Source: Actinomycetota bacterium
Lineage (GTDB): Bacteria; Actinomycetota; CADDZG01; JAHWKV01; JAOPZY01
Length of the DNA stretch: 64,000 nucleotides
Direction of reading: 5' to 3'
NCBI GenBank assembly: GCA_035765775.1
Contig: DASTWV010000057.1
Location: 27,160 to 91,159, forward strand
This document shows positions 37,064 through 45,992 of this stretch, in pieces. The translations under genes and the position numbers were made by a program. Below the pieces are notes generated by a model. That model searched no databases, had not been told where the DNA came from, and saw only the letters and a program-made list of their open reading frames with translations. Position 1 is the stretch's first letter. The number at the start of each line of letters is the position of its first letter.

Positions 37064-39025
37064 TCAGCGCGCCGCGGCCTGTTCCTCCAGGAGCCCGGCG
37101 GCTTCCTCCCAGGCGGCCTCCAGGTCCTTCACCCGCTTGGCCCGGGCCTCGTAGTCGTCCACCAGGCCGGCGACATCGGCCCCGGAAGCGTAGACCGCGG
37201 GATCCGCCAGGCGGGCGGTCAGCTCGTTCAGCCGGGCCGATTCCGCCTCCAGCTGGGCCTCGATGCGGCTGACCGATTGCTGCAGGGCCCGGAGGGCTGA
37301 CCGGGCCTGGGCCCCCGCCCGGCGCCGGTCGGCGGCGGCCTGGCCGTTCTCGGGCTTCGCGTTGGTCTGGGCCGAGGCCTTGCCGGCCCTGCCCGCCGGC
37401 GGGGCGCCCGCCTGGGCGTCACGCTGCGAGAGGTAGAAGTCATAGTCGCCGGCGTAGGAGGTGACCCGGCCCGCCCGCACCTCGACCACCCGGGTGGCGA
37501 CGCTGCGAATCAGGTGGCGGTCGTGGGTGACCAGGACCAGTGCCCCCTGGTAGGCCAGCAGGGCCTGCTCCAGGACATCCCGGCTGGCGATGTCGAGGTG
37601 GTTGGTGGGCTCGTCGAGGACCAGCACGTTCAGCGGTGTCACCAGGAGCTTGGCGATCGCCAGCCGGGTGCGCTCGCCCCCGGACAGCACGCTGATCGGC
37701 TTGCGCAGATCCTCGGCGCTGAACCGGAAGCGGCCCAGCAGGTCGCCGGGCCGGATCGCCGCTCCGGCGGGGATGGCCGCGGCGATCTCATCCAGGACCC
37801 GGTTGGTCATAGTGAGGGTCTCATCCTGGTGCTGGGCGAAGTAGGCCAGCGCCACGTTGTGGCCCAGCGTGCGCTGCCCCTCCTGCGGAACCAGGACGCC
37901 GGCGAGCAGCTTCAGCATCGTGGTCTTGCCTGCCCCGTTGGGCCCCACCAGGGCGATCTTCTGGCCCCGCTCGACCGCGAGGTCCAGCCCGGCGTACAGC
38001 GGCGTCGCCCCGTAGCCGAACGACACGCCGTGCAGCTCGACCACCACCCGGCCGGCCCGGGGCGGCGTCGGGAAGGCGAGCCCCATCGCCCGGGGGCGCA
38101 CCTCGGGCACCCGGGGACCCCCTTCGGCCCGGGCCCGCTCCTGGGCCTTGATGCGGCTCTGCACCTGGCGGGCCTTGGTCGCCTTGGCCCGGAAGCGGTC
38201 GATGAACTCCTGCGCCTCGGCATCCGAGCGTGCCCGGGCGCGCTCGGCGGCCTCGGCCTGCTCGGTCGCCAGCGCCCGCTGGGCCACGTAGGCCTCGTAG
38301 TCGCCCTTGTAGGCCACCAGCTTCCCGCCGTCGATCTCCACCACCCGGGTGGCGACCTGGTTGATGAACTCCCGGTCGTGCGACACCAGGAAGACGGCCC
38401 CGTGGTAGGTCCGGATGAAGCGCTCCAGCCACTCGACCGCTTCGATGTCGAGGTGGTTGGTGGGCTCGTCCAGCAACAGGAGATCCGGGGCGGCCAGGAG
38501 CAGCTTGGCGAGGGCGGCACGCATCAGCTGCCCACCGGACAGGGCGTCGGCCGGCATCGCCAGATCGGCCCCGGCGAACCCGACCCCGGCGAGGATCGAG
38601 CGGGCCTCGAACTCCACCGAATAGCCGTCCAGGCCGGTGAAGCGCTCGTGGAGCTCGGCGTGCTCGGCGATGAGCCGGTCGCGCTCGGGTCCCTCCTCGG
38701 AGCCGACCAGCTCCTCCTCCAGGACGGCCAGCCGGCGGCCGGTCTCGGTGACGTCGCCGGCGGCGGTCAGCACCTCGTCCAGCAGGCTGCGGCCGGGCAG
38801 CGGGTCGGCCTCCTGGCGGAGGTACCCGATCACCGCCCGCTTGATGACCTGGATCTCCCCCCGGTCCGGGGCCTGCTCGCCGGCCAGCATGTCGAAGAGC
38901 GTGGTCTTGCCCGATCCGTTCGGGCCCACCAGGGCCACCCGGTCCCGCGGCCCGACGTGCAGGGCGGCGCCGGTGAACAGGTCCCGGGGGCCGAACGCCT
39001 TCCACAGATTGGTCACCGTGATCAT
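37064..39025 (-). CDS. ABC-F family ATPase (Uup/EttA-like; two ABC domains, no TMD)
   Basis: Walker A GPNGSGKTT in domain 1 and GPNGAGKTT in domain 2, each followed by an LSGG signature, with an inter-domain linker and a C-terminal coiled-coil. The internal ATG MITVTNLWKAF is used. Confidence 0.9.
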   Translation of the reverse strand: MITVTNLWKAFGPRDLFTGAALHVGPRDRVALVGPNGSGKTTLFDMLAGEQAPDRGEIQVIKRAVIGYLRQEADPLPGRSLLDEVLTAAGDVTETGRRLAVLEEELVGSEEGPERDRLIAEHAELHERFTGLDGYSVEFEARSILAGVGFAGADLAMPADALSGGQLMRAALAKLLLAAPDLLLLDEPTNHLDIEAVEWLERFIRTYHGAVFLVSHDREFINQVATRVVEIDGGKLVAYKGDYEAYVAQRALATEQAEAAERARARSDAEAQEFIDRFRAKATKARQVQSRIKAQERARAEGGPRVPEVRPRAMGLAFPTPPRAGRVVVELHGVSFGYGATPLYAGLDLAVERGQKIALVGPNGAGKTTMLKLLAGVLVPQEGQRTLGHNVALAYFAQHQDETLTMTNRVLDEIAAAIPAGAAIRPGDLLGRFRFSAEDLRKPISVLSGGERTRLAIAKLLVTPLNVLVLDEPTNHLDIASRDVLEQALLAYQGALVLVTHDRHLIRSVATRVVEVRAGRVTSYAGDYDFYLSQRDAQAGAPPAGRAGKASAQTNAKPENGQAAADRRRAGAQARSALRALQQSVSRIEAQLEAESARLNELTARLADPAVYASGADVAGLVDDYEARAKRVKDLEAAWEEAAGLLEEQAAAR

Positions 39026-39077
39026 GGGGCCAGTGTAGGGGCGGGATAGCGCCCGACCTGCGGTAGCATCCCGGGCC

Positions 39078-39998
39078 GTGCCCGAGTGGACCCCCGAGAT
39101 CGACGTCGACGCCGACCTGGCCCGGCGCCTGGTCGGCACCCAGTTCCCCGAGGTCGACACGACCTCGCTGGAGGCCTTCGGCGAGGGCTGGGACAACGTC
39201 CTGTGGCTGACCGGCGGCGGCACCCTGTTCCGCTTCCCGCGCCGGGAGATGGCGGCTCCGGGCGTGGCCCGGGAGCTCGCGGTCCTGCCGGTCCTGGCCG
39301 GGCGCCTGCCGCTGGCCGTCCCGGCAGTCGAGCGGGCAGGCAAGCCCGACGAGGCCGCCGGCTACCCCTGGCCCTTCTTCGGTGGCCCGCCGATCCCGGG
39401 CCGGGAGTCGGGCGAGGCGGCCCTGACCGACGACCAGCGAGCGGGCATCGCCCGGCCCCTCGGTGAGTTCCTCCACGCCCTCCACGCGCCGGCGACCGCC
39501 GAGGCGGTCCAAGCCGTCTATGACCTCCCCGTGGACCCGAACCGGCGGGCCGACATGGGCGAGCGCATCCGCCGCACCCGCATGGCCTGGGGCGACCTCC
39601 AGCGCCTGGGTCTCTGGTCGCCGAGCGGCGCCATCATCGACGTCATCGAAGGCGCCCGCATGCTGCGCTACCCAACCACCACAGCGGTGGTCCACGGCGA
39701 CCTGCATTTCCGCCACCTGTTGATCGAGGGCGGGCGTCTCAGCGGGGTCATCGACTGGGGCGATACCTGCCTCGCCTGCCCCGCCATCGACCTGCCGCTC
39801 TACTGGAGCTTTTTCCCGCCCTCGGCACGCGCCGAGTTCCTGCAGGCCTACGGCCCGGTCAGCGACCAGGACCTGGTCCGGGCACGGGTCCTCGCCCTCT
39901 GGATGAACGCCGTCCTGGCCCTGTACGGGCACCAGACCGGCAAGGAGGCGGTCGTGCGGGAGGCCGTGGGGGGCCTGCGCCGCGCCAGCGTGGACTGA
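39078..39998 (+). CDS. Aminoglycoside/antibiotic phosphotransferase (APH) family kinase
   Basis: The Brenner motif HGDLHFRHLL and IDWGD are typical of the APH/choline-kinase-like fold. 306 aa. Confidence 0.8.
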   Translation: MPEWTPEIDVDADLARRLVGTQFPEVDTTSLEAFGEGWDNVLWLTGGGTLFRFPRREMAAPGVARELAVLPVLAGRLPLAVPAVERAGKPDEAAGYPWPFFGGPPIPGRESGEAALTDDQRAGIARPLGEFLHALHAPATAEAVQAVYDLPVDPNRRADMGERIRRTRMAWGDLQRLGLWSPSGAIIDVIEGARMLRYPTTTAVVHGDLHFRHLLIEGGRLSGVIDWGDTCLACPAIDLPLYWSFFPPSARAEFLQAYGPVSDQDLVRARVLALWMNAVLALYGHQTGKEAVVREAVGGLRRASVD

Positions 39999-40134
39999 AG
40001 CGGGAGCTGAGGGCCCGATGTGGGCCGATTGTTCCCAGATTTAACCCATTCGCGCTGGTATCAAACGTCGCGCGCTGCCATCATTTAAGAGTGGCTGCTC
40101 GTTGGGCGCGGCGTGGCGCGGTAGAGGAGGGGTA

Positions 40135-40563
40135 ATGGACCTGAGCAAGCTGACCAAAGGGGATCGCATAGTGGTCGCCGGCGCGATCCTGCTGGTGCTG
40201 GATCTGCTTCTGCTTCCCTGGCTGTCGTACAGCATTCCGGGGATCCTGACCGTCTCAGTCAAGGGCGTCGATGCGCCTGATTCCCTGCTGGGGGTACTGG
40301 CCCTGGTCATCGCTCTTGCGATGGGGGCCCAGATCGTTCTGGCTCGCATGAGCGAGGTGAAGCTGCCGGAAATCGGCATGCCGTGGGGCCAGGCACACTT
40401 CTTCGGAGGCGTGGCGACCCTTGTGCTTCTCGGGCTGAAGTTCATCCTCCACACCAGCCACCTCGCCATCGGTGCCTACCTGGGCCTGATCTTCGCCATT
40501 GTGCTCACGGTCGGGGCGGTCGCGGTGCGCAAGGAGTCGACGACTGCCGGCACCGCCGGCTAG
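40135..40563 (+). CDS. Small integral membrane protein (4 TM)
   Basis: Internal ATG MDLSKLTKGDRIVVAGAILLVLDLLLLPW, with three further hydrophobic helices. Confidence 0.5.
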   Translation: MDLSKLTKGDRIVVAGAILLVLDLLLLPWLSYSIPGILTVSVKGVDAPDSLLGVLALVIALAMGAQIVLARMSEVKLPEIGMPWGQAHFFGGVATLVLLGLKFILHTSHLAIGAYLGLIFAIVLTVGAVAVRKESTTAGTAG

Positions 40564-41146
40564 GGCCTCTGGTTTTGGTTTCCTGCGAGCCCGGGCGCTA
40601 GGACACGGCCCGGGCTCGTGCGCGCCAGCCCCATGGCCACGAGGGCGGGGCTGACCGTCCAGGCTGGATGCGCCGGCTCGCACGAGACAGTTGGATGCGA
40701 AAGAAGGTCGGTCGGGGGGCACGTGAAGGTCGCCACATGCGTCCCCGACCACCACTGTGCGATGGTCCCCCCAACGCCGAGCACCAGGGCCACCACGCAG
40801 TAGCCGGCTACCCAGCGGTCCCCGGCTCCTTCCGGGCGCCCCACACGGTGAGGGCGGGCAGGACGACGCAGAGGGCCACGACGAACGAGGCATCGACTCG
40901 TTGTTATCGACGGGCGGGGCGAACAAAGCGAGTAGCCAAAAGGGACTAACCTGCACTGCTAGGCGTGAAAGCATCGGTTCAGGCTGGCGGAGACACGTTT
41001 GTGCATCGCTGACCGCTAATAAGGCGGTTATTCATGCACGAAAGCTGTCCACCGATGCACATACTGCCCTGACCGGGCCCTTACAGCGTCTCAGGACAGG
41101 CCGGGACCGGCCGATGTTCCCCCTGGAGCGGGCACAACACTTCTGA

Positions 41147-41218
41147 GTGGGCGCGACTGGGATCGAACCAGTGGCCTCTGCTGTGTGAGAGCAGCGCTCT
41201 CCCCCTGAGCTACGCGCC
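41147..41218 (-). tRNA. tRNA-Val (anticodon CAC)
   Basis: The reverse complement GGGCGCGTAGCTCAGGGGGAGAGCGCTGCTCTCACACAGCAGAGGCCACTGGTTCGATCCCAGTCGCGCCCA gives a canonical cloverleaf. The anticodon loop is CTCACAC and the T-loop is GGTTCGATCC. Coordinates are ±1. Confidence 0.85.
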
Positions 41219-41264
41219 CCCAGGAGGTACCTCGTCCACGAAGTATAGGCGCCGGGCGGCCCCG

Positions 41265-41906
41265 TCAGCGGCGCCGGAGCGCAACCATCACCCCGTCCCG
41301 GGTCGGCACGATCGCCGAGTCGAAGTCGGGGTCGGCGGCGATCAGGTCGTTGTGCCGCCGGATGGCCACCGTGGACGCCTCGTCGTTGTCCCGGGCCACC
41401 TTGCCGGACCACAGGACGTTGTCGCAGATGTAGAGGCCCCCCACCCGGACCCGCTCCCGGGCCAGCGCCCAGGCGCCGGGGTAGCCCTCCTTGTCGATGT
41501 CGCAGTACACAATGTCGAACTCGCCGGGGATCTCCCGCAGGGCGACCATGGCGTCGCCCACCACGAAGCGGCAGCGGGGCCACACCCCTGCCCGGGTGAG
41601 GAACCCCTCCGCCTGGCGGGCGTTCTCGGGATCCGTGTCGGTCAGGGTCACCTCGCCGCCCTCCCCGACCGCCCGGGCGAACCAGTAGGCCGAGAACCCG
41701 AAGCCCGAGCCCATCTCGAACACCCGGCGGGCACCGATGGAGCGGGCGAGGAGCTCGACGGTGGAGCCCACGACCCGGCCCACGATCGGGAAGCCCCGCT
41801 GCTCGGCGAGCGCCTCCATGTCCTGCAGCACGGGCTCGTCGAACCGGTCGGTGAGCCGGCGCAGGTAGGCCGAGACGTCGGCGTCGATGAAATCCACGGG
41901 CCCCAT
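41265..41906 (-). CDS. Class I SAM-dependent O-methyltransferase (family 3, caffeoyl-CoA OMT-like)
   Basis: VFEMGSGFGFSAYWFA (motif I), DIVYCDIDKEGY and GGLYICDNVLWSG, as in the Methyltransf_3 family. Confidence 0.85.
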   Translation of the reverse strand: MGPVDFIDADVSAYLRRLTDRFDEPVLQDMEALAEQRGFPIVGRVVGSTVELLARSIGARRVFEMGSGFGFSAYWFARAVGEGGEVTLTDTDPENARQAEGFLTRAGVWPRCRFVVGDAMVALREIPGEFDIVYCDIDKEGYPGAWALARERVRVGGLYICDNVLWSGKVARDNDEASTVAIRRHNDLIAADPDFDSAIVPTRDGVMVALRRR

Positions 41907-41962
41907 CCTCTCACCCGAAAACCGAAGGAAGCCGGGGGAAGCCGGGGGACACCGGGGGTACC

Positions 41963-42757
41963 GTGGGAACCATGGCCGCCACCGACCAGCACGCCCTCGA
42001 CACCGTCCGGGGCTGGATCGCCGGAGCGAGGTCGATCGTCGCCCTCACCGGTGCCGGCATCTCCACCGAGTCCGGGATCCCGGACTTCCGGGGGCCGTCC
42101 GGGGTGTGGACCCGGGACGCCAAGGCGGAGCGCCTGAGCCACATCGACGCCTACGTCTCCGATCCCGCCCTCCGGGTCGAGGTCTGGCGCCAGCGCATTG
42201 CCCACCCGGCGTGGAGCGCGGTGGCGAACCCGGGCCACCGGGCGTTGGTCGACCTGGAGCACTCGGGGCGGCTCTCGATGCTGGTGACCCAGAACATCGA
42301 CGGCCTCCACCGCGACGCCGGCACGTCGCCCGGCCTCCTCATCGAGATCCACGGCACCATGCGGGACGTCATCTGCCTGGCATGCGGCGACCGGTTCCCC
42401 GCCCAGCAGGCCTTCGACCGGGTCCGGGCGGGCGAGGAGGACCCGCCCTGCCTGGGCTGCGGCGGCATCCTGAAGTCGGCCACCATCTCGTTCGGCCAGT
42501 CCCTCATCCCCGAGGACCTCGCCCGGGCCGAGCGGGCGGCCGCGGAGTGCGACCTCCTCCTCGCCATCGGCACATCGCTGCTGGTCTACCCGGTGGCGGG
42601 CCTGCCCCGCATCGCCCTGGAGCACGGCGCCCGACTGGTGATCGTCAACGGTGAGCCGACCCCCTATGACGGCGCCGCCCACGCCGTGGTCCGCCTGCCC
42701 ATCGGCCAGGTGCTCCCCCGCCTCATCCCTCACGAACCGGGCCGGCTGCCCTCGTAG
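41963..42757 (+). CDS. NAD-dependent protein deacylase, Sir2/CobB family
   Basis: LTGAGISTESGIPDFRG, QNIDGLH and Zn-binding CLACG...CLGCGG. Confidence 0.85.
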   Translation: MGTMAATDQHALDTVRGWIAGARSIVALTGAGISTESGIPDFRGPSGVWTRDAKAERLSHIDAYVSDPALRVEVWRQRIAHPAWSAVANPGHRALVDLEHSGRLSMLVTQNIDGLHRDAGTSPGLLIEIHGTMRDVICLACGDRFPAQQAFDRVRAGEEDPPCLGCGGILKSATISFGQSLIPEDLARAERAAAECDLLLAIGTSLLVYPVAGLPRIALEHGARLVIVNGEPTPYDGAAHAVVRLPIGQVLPRLIPHEPGRLPS

Positions 42758-43554
42758 AAGGCCACGGCCGCCGCGCTCGCCACGTTCAGCGAGTCGACCC
42801 CGGCCGCGATCGGGATGCGGACTGCCGCATCGGCCGCCGAGAGGGCTGCCGCAGACAGGCCGGGGCCCTCGGTGCCCAGCAGGAACGCCACCCGGTCCCG
42901 GGCGCCCAGGCCCAGCGAGCGGATGTCTGCCGCCCCGGCACCCGGCGTGAGGGCGACAACGTAGAACCCCTCCGCCCGCAACCACCCGATGCCCCCCGGC
43001 CACGCCGCCAGCCGGGCGGAGGGCACCGAGAGGACGTGGCCGATCGAGACCCGGATGCAGCGGCGGTAGAAGGGGTCACAACATTCGGGCGACAGCAGCA
43101 CGGCGTCCAGCCCGAAGGCGGCGGCGTTGCGAAAGATGCCGCCCAGGTTCTCGTGGTCGGTGACCGCCTCGGTGACCGCCACCCGCCGGGCGGAGGCCAC
43201 CAGGGCCGCCGGGTCCACCGCCGGCCCCCGGAGGGCCGACGCCAGGACCCCCCGGTGGATGTTGAAGCCCGCCACCGCGTTCATGACCGCCTGGTTCGCC
43301 ACGTAGACCGGGTGGGCGACGCCATCGAGCAGCGCCCCGAGAGCGGCCAGCCCCTTCGGGGTCACCAGCACCGAGCGCACGCCGAACCCGGACCCGAGCA
43401 GCCGGCGGACGACGAGCTCGCCCTCGGCGATGAAGATCCCCTGGCCGCCCGCCCCCGGCTCCTCGACCGCCCGGCGCAGGTCAGCATCCTTCAGGCCGAT
43501 GTAGTCGGCCAACCGGGGATCCCCGGGGTCGTCGACCTCGACCGGGGCGCTCAC
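42730..43554 (-). CDS. TrmH/SpoU-family RNA 2'-O-methyltransferase
   Basis: An N-terminal VDDPGDPRLADY (L30e-like substrate-binding) region precedes SPOUT motifs ENLGGIFRNAAAFGLDAVLL, LLGTEGPGLS and IPIAAGVDSLNVASAAAVAFYE. The GTG start overlaps the stop of the upstream oxidoreductase (GTGA). The track ORF extends a further ~250 aa upstream in a Gly/Arg-rich non-protein-like stretch. Confidence 0.8.
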   Translation of the reverse strand: MSAPVEVDDPGDPRLADYIGLKDADLRRAVEEPGAGGQGIFIAEGELVVRRLLGSGFGVRSVLVTPKGLAALGALLDGVAHPVYVANQAVMNAVAGFNIHRGVLASALRGPAVDPAALVASARRVAVTEAVTDHENLGGIFRNAAAFGLDAVLLSPECCDPFYRRCIRVSIGHVLSVPSARLAAWPGGIGWLRAEGFYVVALTPGAGAADIRSLGLGARDRVAFLLGTEGPGLSAAALSAADAAVRIPIAAGVDSLNVASAAAVAFYEGSRPGS

Positions 43555-44570
43555 CCGATATCGACCAGCACCTTGCCCACCGCCCCCGCCTCGACGGCCT
43601 CGTGCGCGGCGGCCATCTCCTCGAGCGGGAAGCGGATCACGGGCAGGCCGGCCGCCTCCCCCACCCGGAGAGCGCCGTCCGCCACGGCGCTCGCCACGGC
43701 GGCCACCGCCGCCTGCTTCACCGCCGGGGCCAATCCGTACACGAGCACGAACTGCCACCGGGCATTCAGCACCATCGAGGGCCGCACCGGGATCGCCGCC
43801 TCCGGGGTCCCGCCGCTGGCGTAGGAGGCCACGGTGCCCCCGGGAGCGAGCACCGCCATGTCCAGGGCGGCATTGGCGACGACGGCCACTTCGACCACCA
43901 GGTCCACGCCGCCCGGAGCCGCCGCCCGGATGGCCGACCCGGCGTCCTCGGTGCGGTAGTTCACCACGCAGTGCGCCCCGGCGGCGGCCGCCAGGACGCC
44001 CTTCTCGGGACTGCTGACGGTCGTGATCACGGTCGCCCCGGCCCAGCGGGCGAGCTCGATGGCGGCGTGGCCCACCGACCCGGCCCCACCGGCCACCAGG
44101 ACCGTCCTGCCCGCCAGCGCCCCGGGGGCCAACTGGGCCGGGCCCTCCCCCGCCGTGAGGCAGCGGTGGGCGGTGATCGCCGGGGTGCCGAGGCTGGCGC
44201 CGAGCTCGAACGGGGCGCCCCCGGGCAGGGCGACGGCGTGGTCGGCGGGGAGGGCGACGAACTCCTGGCCGGTGCCCCCCGGGCGCTGGAACTGGGCTTC
44301 CCACAGCCAGACCCGCTCCCCCACCCGGCCCTCCGGGACACCCGGGCCCACCGCCTCGATCACGCCGGCGCCGTCCTGGTTCGGTACCACCTCGGGGAAG
44401 GGCGTCGGCTGATCGGGCGCGCTCCCCCGGCGCACCTTCCAGTCGGTCGGGTTGACGCCCGATACCGCCACCCGGACCAGCACCTCGCCCGGACCCGGGT
44501 CGGGTACGGGCCGCTCAGCCAGCTGCAGCACCTCCGGCCCCCCGGTGCGGGAATACACGATTGCCTTCAT
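43551..44570 (-). CDS. NADPH:quinone oxidoreductase / medium-chain dehydrogenase-reductase family
   Basis: N-terminal MKAIVYSRTGGPEVLQLAERPVPDPGPGEVLVRV, and a Rossmann motif LVAGGAGSVGHAAIELA. Confidence 0.85.
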   Translation of the reverse strand: MKAIVYSRTGGPEVLQLAERPVPDPGPGEVLVRVAVSGVNPTDWKVRRGSAPDQPTPFPEVVPNQDGAGVIEAVGPGVPEGRVGERVWLWEAQFQRPGGTGQEFVALPADHAVALPGGAPFELGASLGTPAITAHRCLTAGEGPAQLAPGALAGRTVLVAGGAGSVGHAAIELARWAGATVITTVSSPEKGVLAAAAGAHCVVNYRTEDAGSAIRAAAPGGVDLVVEVAVVANAALDMAVLAPGGTVASYASGGTPEAAIPVRPSMVLNARWQFVLVYGLAPAVKQAAVAAVASAVADGALRVGEAAGLPVIRFPLEEMAAAHEAVEAGAVGKVLVDIG

Positions 44571-44748
44571 CTTGTCGCTCCTCCCTTATGCCAACAGAGC
44601 CATCGTCCCACGCAGGGCCGGAGTGCCAAGAGTTCAAGAGGTGTTCACGCTCCGTTCACACAAACGGGGCGTTGCGCTGCGCGGCACTGTGTAGGCTCGA
44701 GAGAGAACCGATGAACAGGACCGAGGGGCCGAGAGGCCGGAGAAGCCA

Positions 44749-45387
44749 TTGAAGAGGGGACAGCCGGGTCCCGAGACCGCCGTGGACCGCCTGCTGGAGC
44801 GCCAGCGGTTGGCGCAGGCACTGGCCTACGTCCCGGCCGGGGTCCGCCTGCTCGACGTGGGGTGCGGCGACGGCGCCCTCCTGCGGGCCGCCGGATCCCG
44901 GATCGGATGGGGGGTGGGCATCGACCCCGCCCTCCCCGGCACCATCATCGGGCGCAACTACCGGTTGGTCCGGGGGGCGTTCCCCCAGCACCTCGACGAC
45001 CGGGACCCCTTCGACGTCATCACCCTGCTGGCGCTCCTCGAGGAAGTACCCCGGGGCCAGCTCCCCGCCCTGGCCTCGGCCTGCGCCATGCACCTGCACC
45101 CGGGCGGGCGCCTCATCGTCACCACGCCCTCACCGGGGGTGGACGGGGTGGCCCGCCTGCTGGAGAGCGCCCACGTCATCTCGGGCCCGCCCCGGCGGCG
45201 CACCCTGCTCGATGCCGCCGAGATCCGGGACGTCTTCGCCGCCGCCGGGCTTTCCATCGAGGCCAGCCGGCACTTCGAGCTCGGCTACAACAACGTGCTG
45301 GTTTTCGCCCGGAACCGCCTGGCGCGGACCTTCATCCAGCTGCCCGACACCGCCCCCCGGCACCCGGTCCTCTCCGGCCGGGGCTGA
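44749..45387 (+). CDS. Class I SAM-dependent methyltransferase
   Basis: Motif I LLDVGCGDGALL and motif II HLHPGGRLIV. 212 aa. Confidence 0.75.
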   Translation: MKRGQPGPETAVDRLLERQRLAQALAYVPAGVRLLDVGCGDGALLRAAGSRIGWGVGIDPALPGTIIGRNYRLVRGAFPQHLDDRDPFDVITLLALLEEVPRGQLPALASACAMHLHPGGRLIVTTPSPGVDGVARLLESAHVISGPPRRRTLLDAAEIRDVFAAAGLSIEASRHFELGYNNVLVFARNRLARTFIQLPDTAPRHPVLSGRG

Positions 45388-45723
45388 TCCCCCGGCGGCC
45401 CGCCGGCTGGTGTAGCGCTCGTACTGCATCCGGAACAGGGCGATCACGCCCTCGGCGTCCTCGGGGCGGCGCATCCAGCAGCTCACCCACCCGCTGTCGG
45501 GCAGCACATGGTGGGGCTCGGCCCGGCCTGCAGCGATCACCTCGTCGTGGATGCGGCGGGGGAAGGGCAGGTCCGCCAGGCGGTCGCCGTGCACGTGGCC
45601 CAACTCCCGGCGGCCGAGCCGGTACTCGATCCCGCCGAAGCGGTGCACGGTGGTCGCAACCCCCGGCCAGGATGCCACCGCCTCACGGATCAACTGGCCG
45701 GCGGATTTCGCAGACGTGGCCAT
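45130..45723 (-). CDS. Hypothetical protein (true 3' end uncertain; ORF overlaps convergent methyltransferase by ~250 nt)
   Basis: Internal ATG MATSAKSAGQLIREAVASWPGVATTVHRFGGIEYRLGRRELGHVHGDRLADLPFPRRIHDEVIAAGRAEPHHVLPDSGWVSCWMRRPEDAEGVIALFRMQYERY. This ~110-aa N-terminal part is compositionally protein-like. The C-terminal tail overlapping the methyltransferase is Gly/Pro-rich and probably not translated in this form. Confidence 0.35.
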   Translation of the reverse strand: MATSAKSAGQLIREAVASWPGVATTVHRFGGIEYRLGRRELGHVHGDRLADLPFPRRIHDEVIAAGRAEPHHVLPDSGWVSCWMRRPEDAEGVIALFRMQYERYTSRRAAGGSAPAGEDRVPGGGVGQLDEGPRQAVPGENQHVVVAELEVPAGLDGKPGGGEDVPDLGGIEQGAPPGRARDDVGALQQAGHPVHPR

Positions 45724-45992
45724 GAACCACGGTACTCCGGGCCAAATTTTTAACTTGACCGCCGCGCCCGGCGTCCGGAGAATCAAGAGAAATCGGCGAT
45801 TCCCGTGCCACTGGGGGCCCCCGCTTGTATCACCAAACGGACAACTCGCCAGCGATTCACGTACCACCGGCCCCCGATCCCGCCCGGGGGGCCGCCGCTA
45901 TCCACACCGGCGCCTCGGCCGCCATGCTGGCCACCCGCGGCGCCAGCCCCGGGGTCGTCCCGGCCAAGATCCGGGCACCCAGGGCGGATGGC

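Noticed and set aside
44749-45723. Convergent genes overlapping by ~250 nt (methyltransferase + / hypothetical -)
   Set aside because: This is probably not a functional antisense pair. The minus-strand ORF's C-terminal tail is compositionally non-protein-like, so its true stop is likely upstream and masked by absence of stop codons in high-GC DNA.
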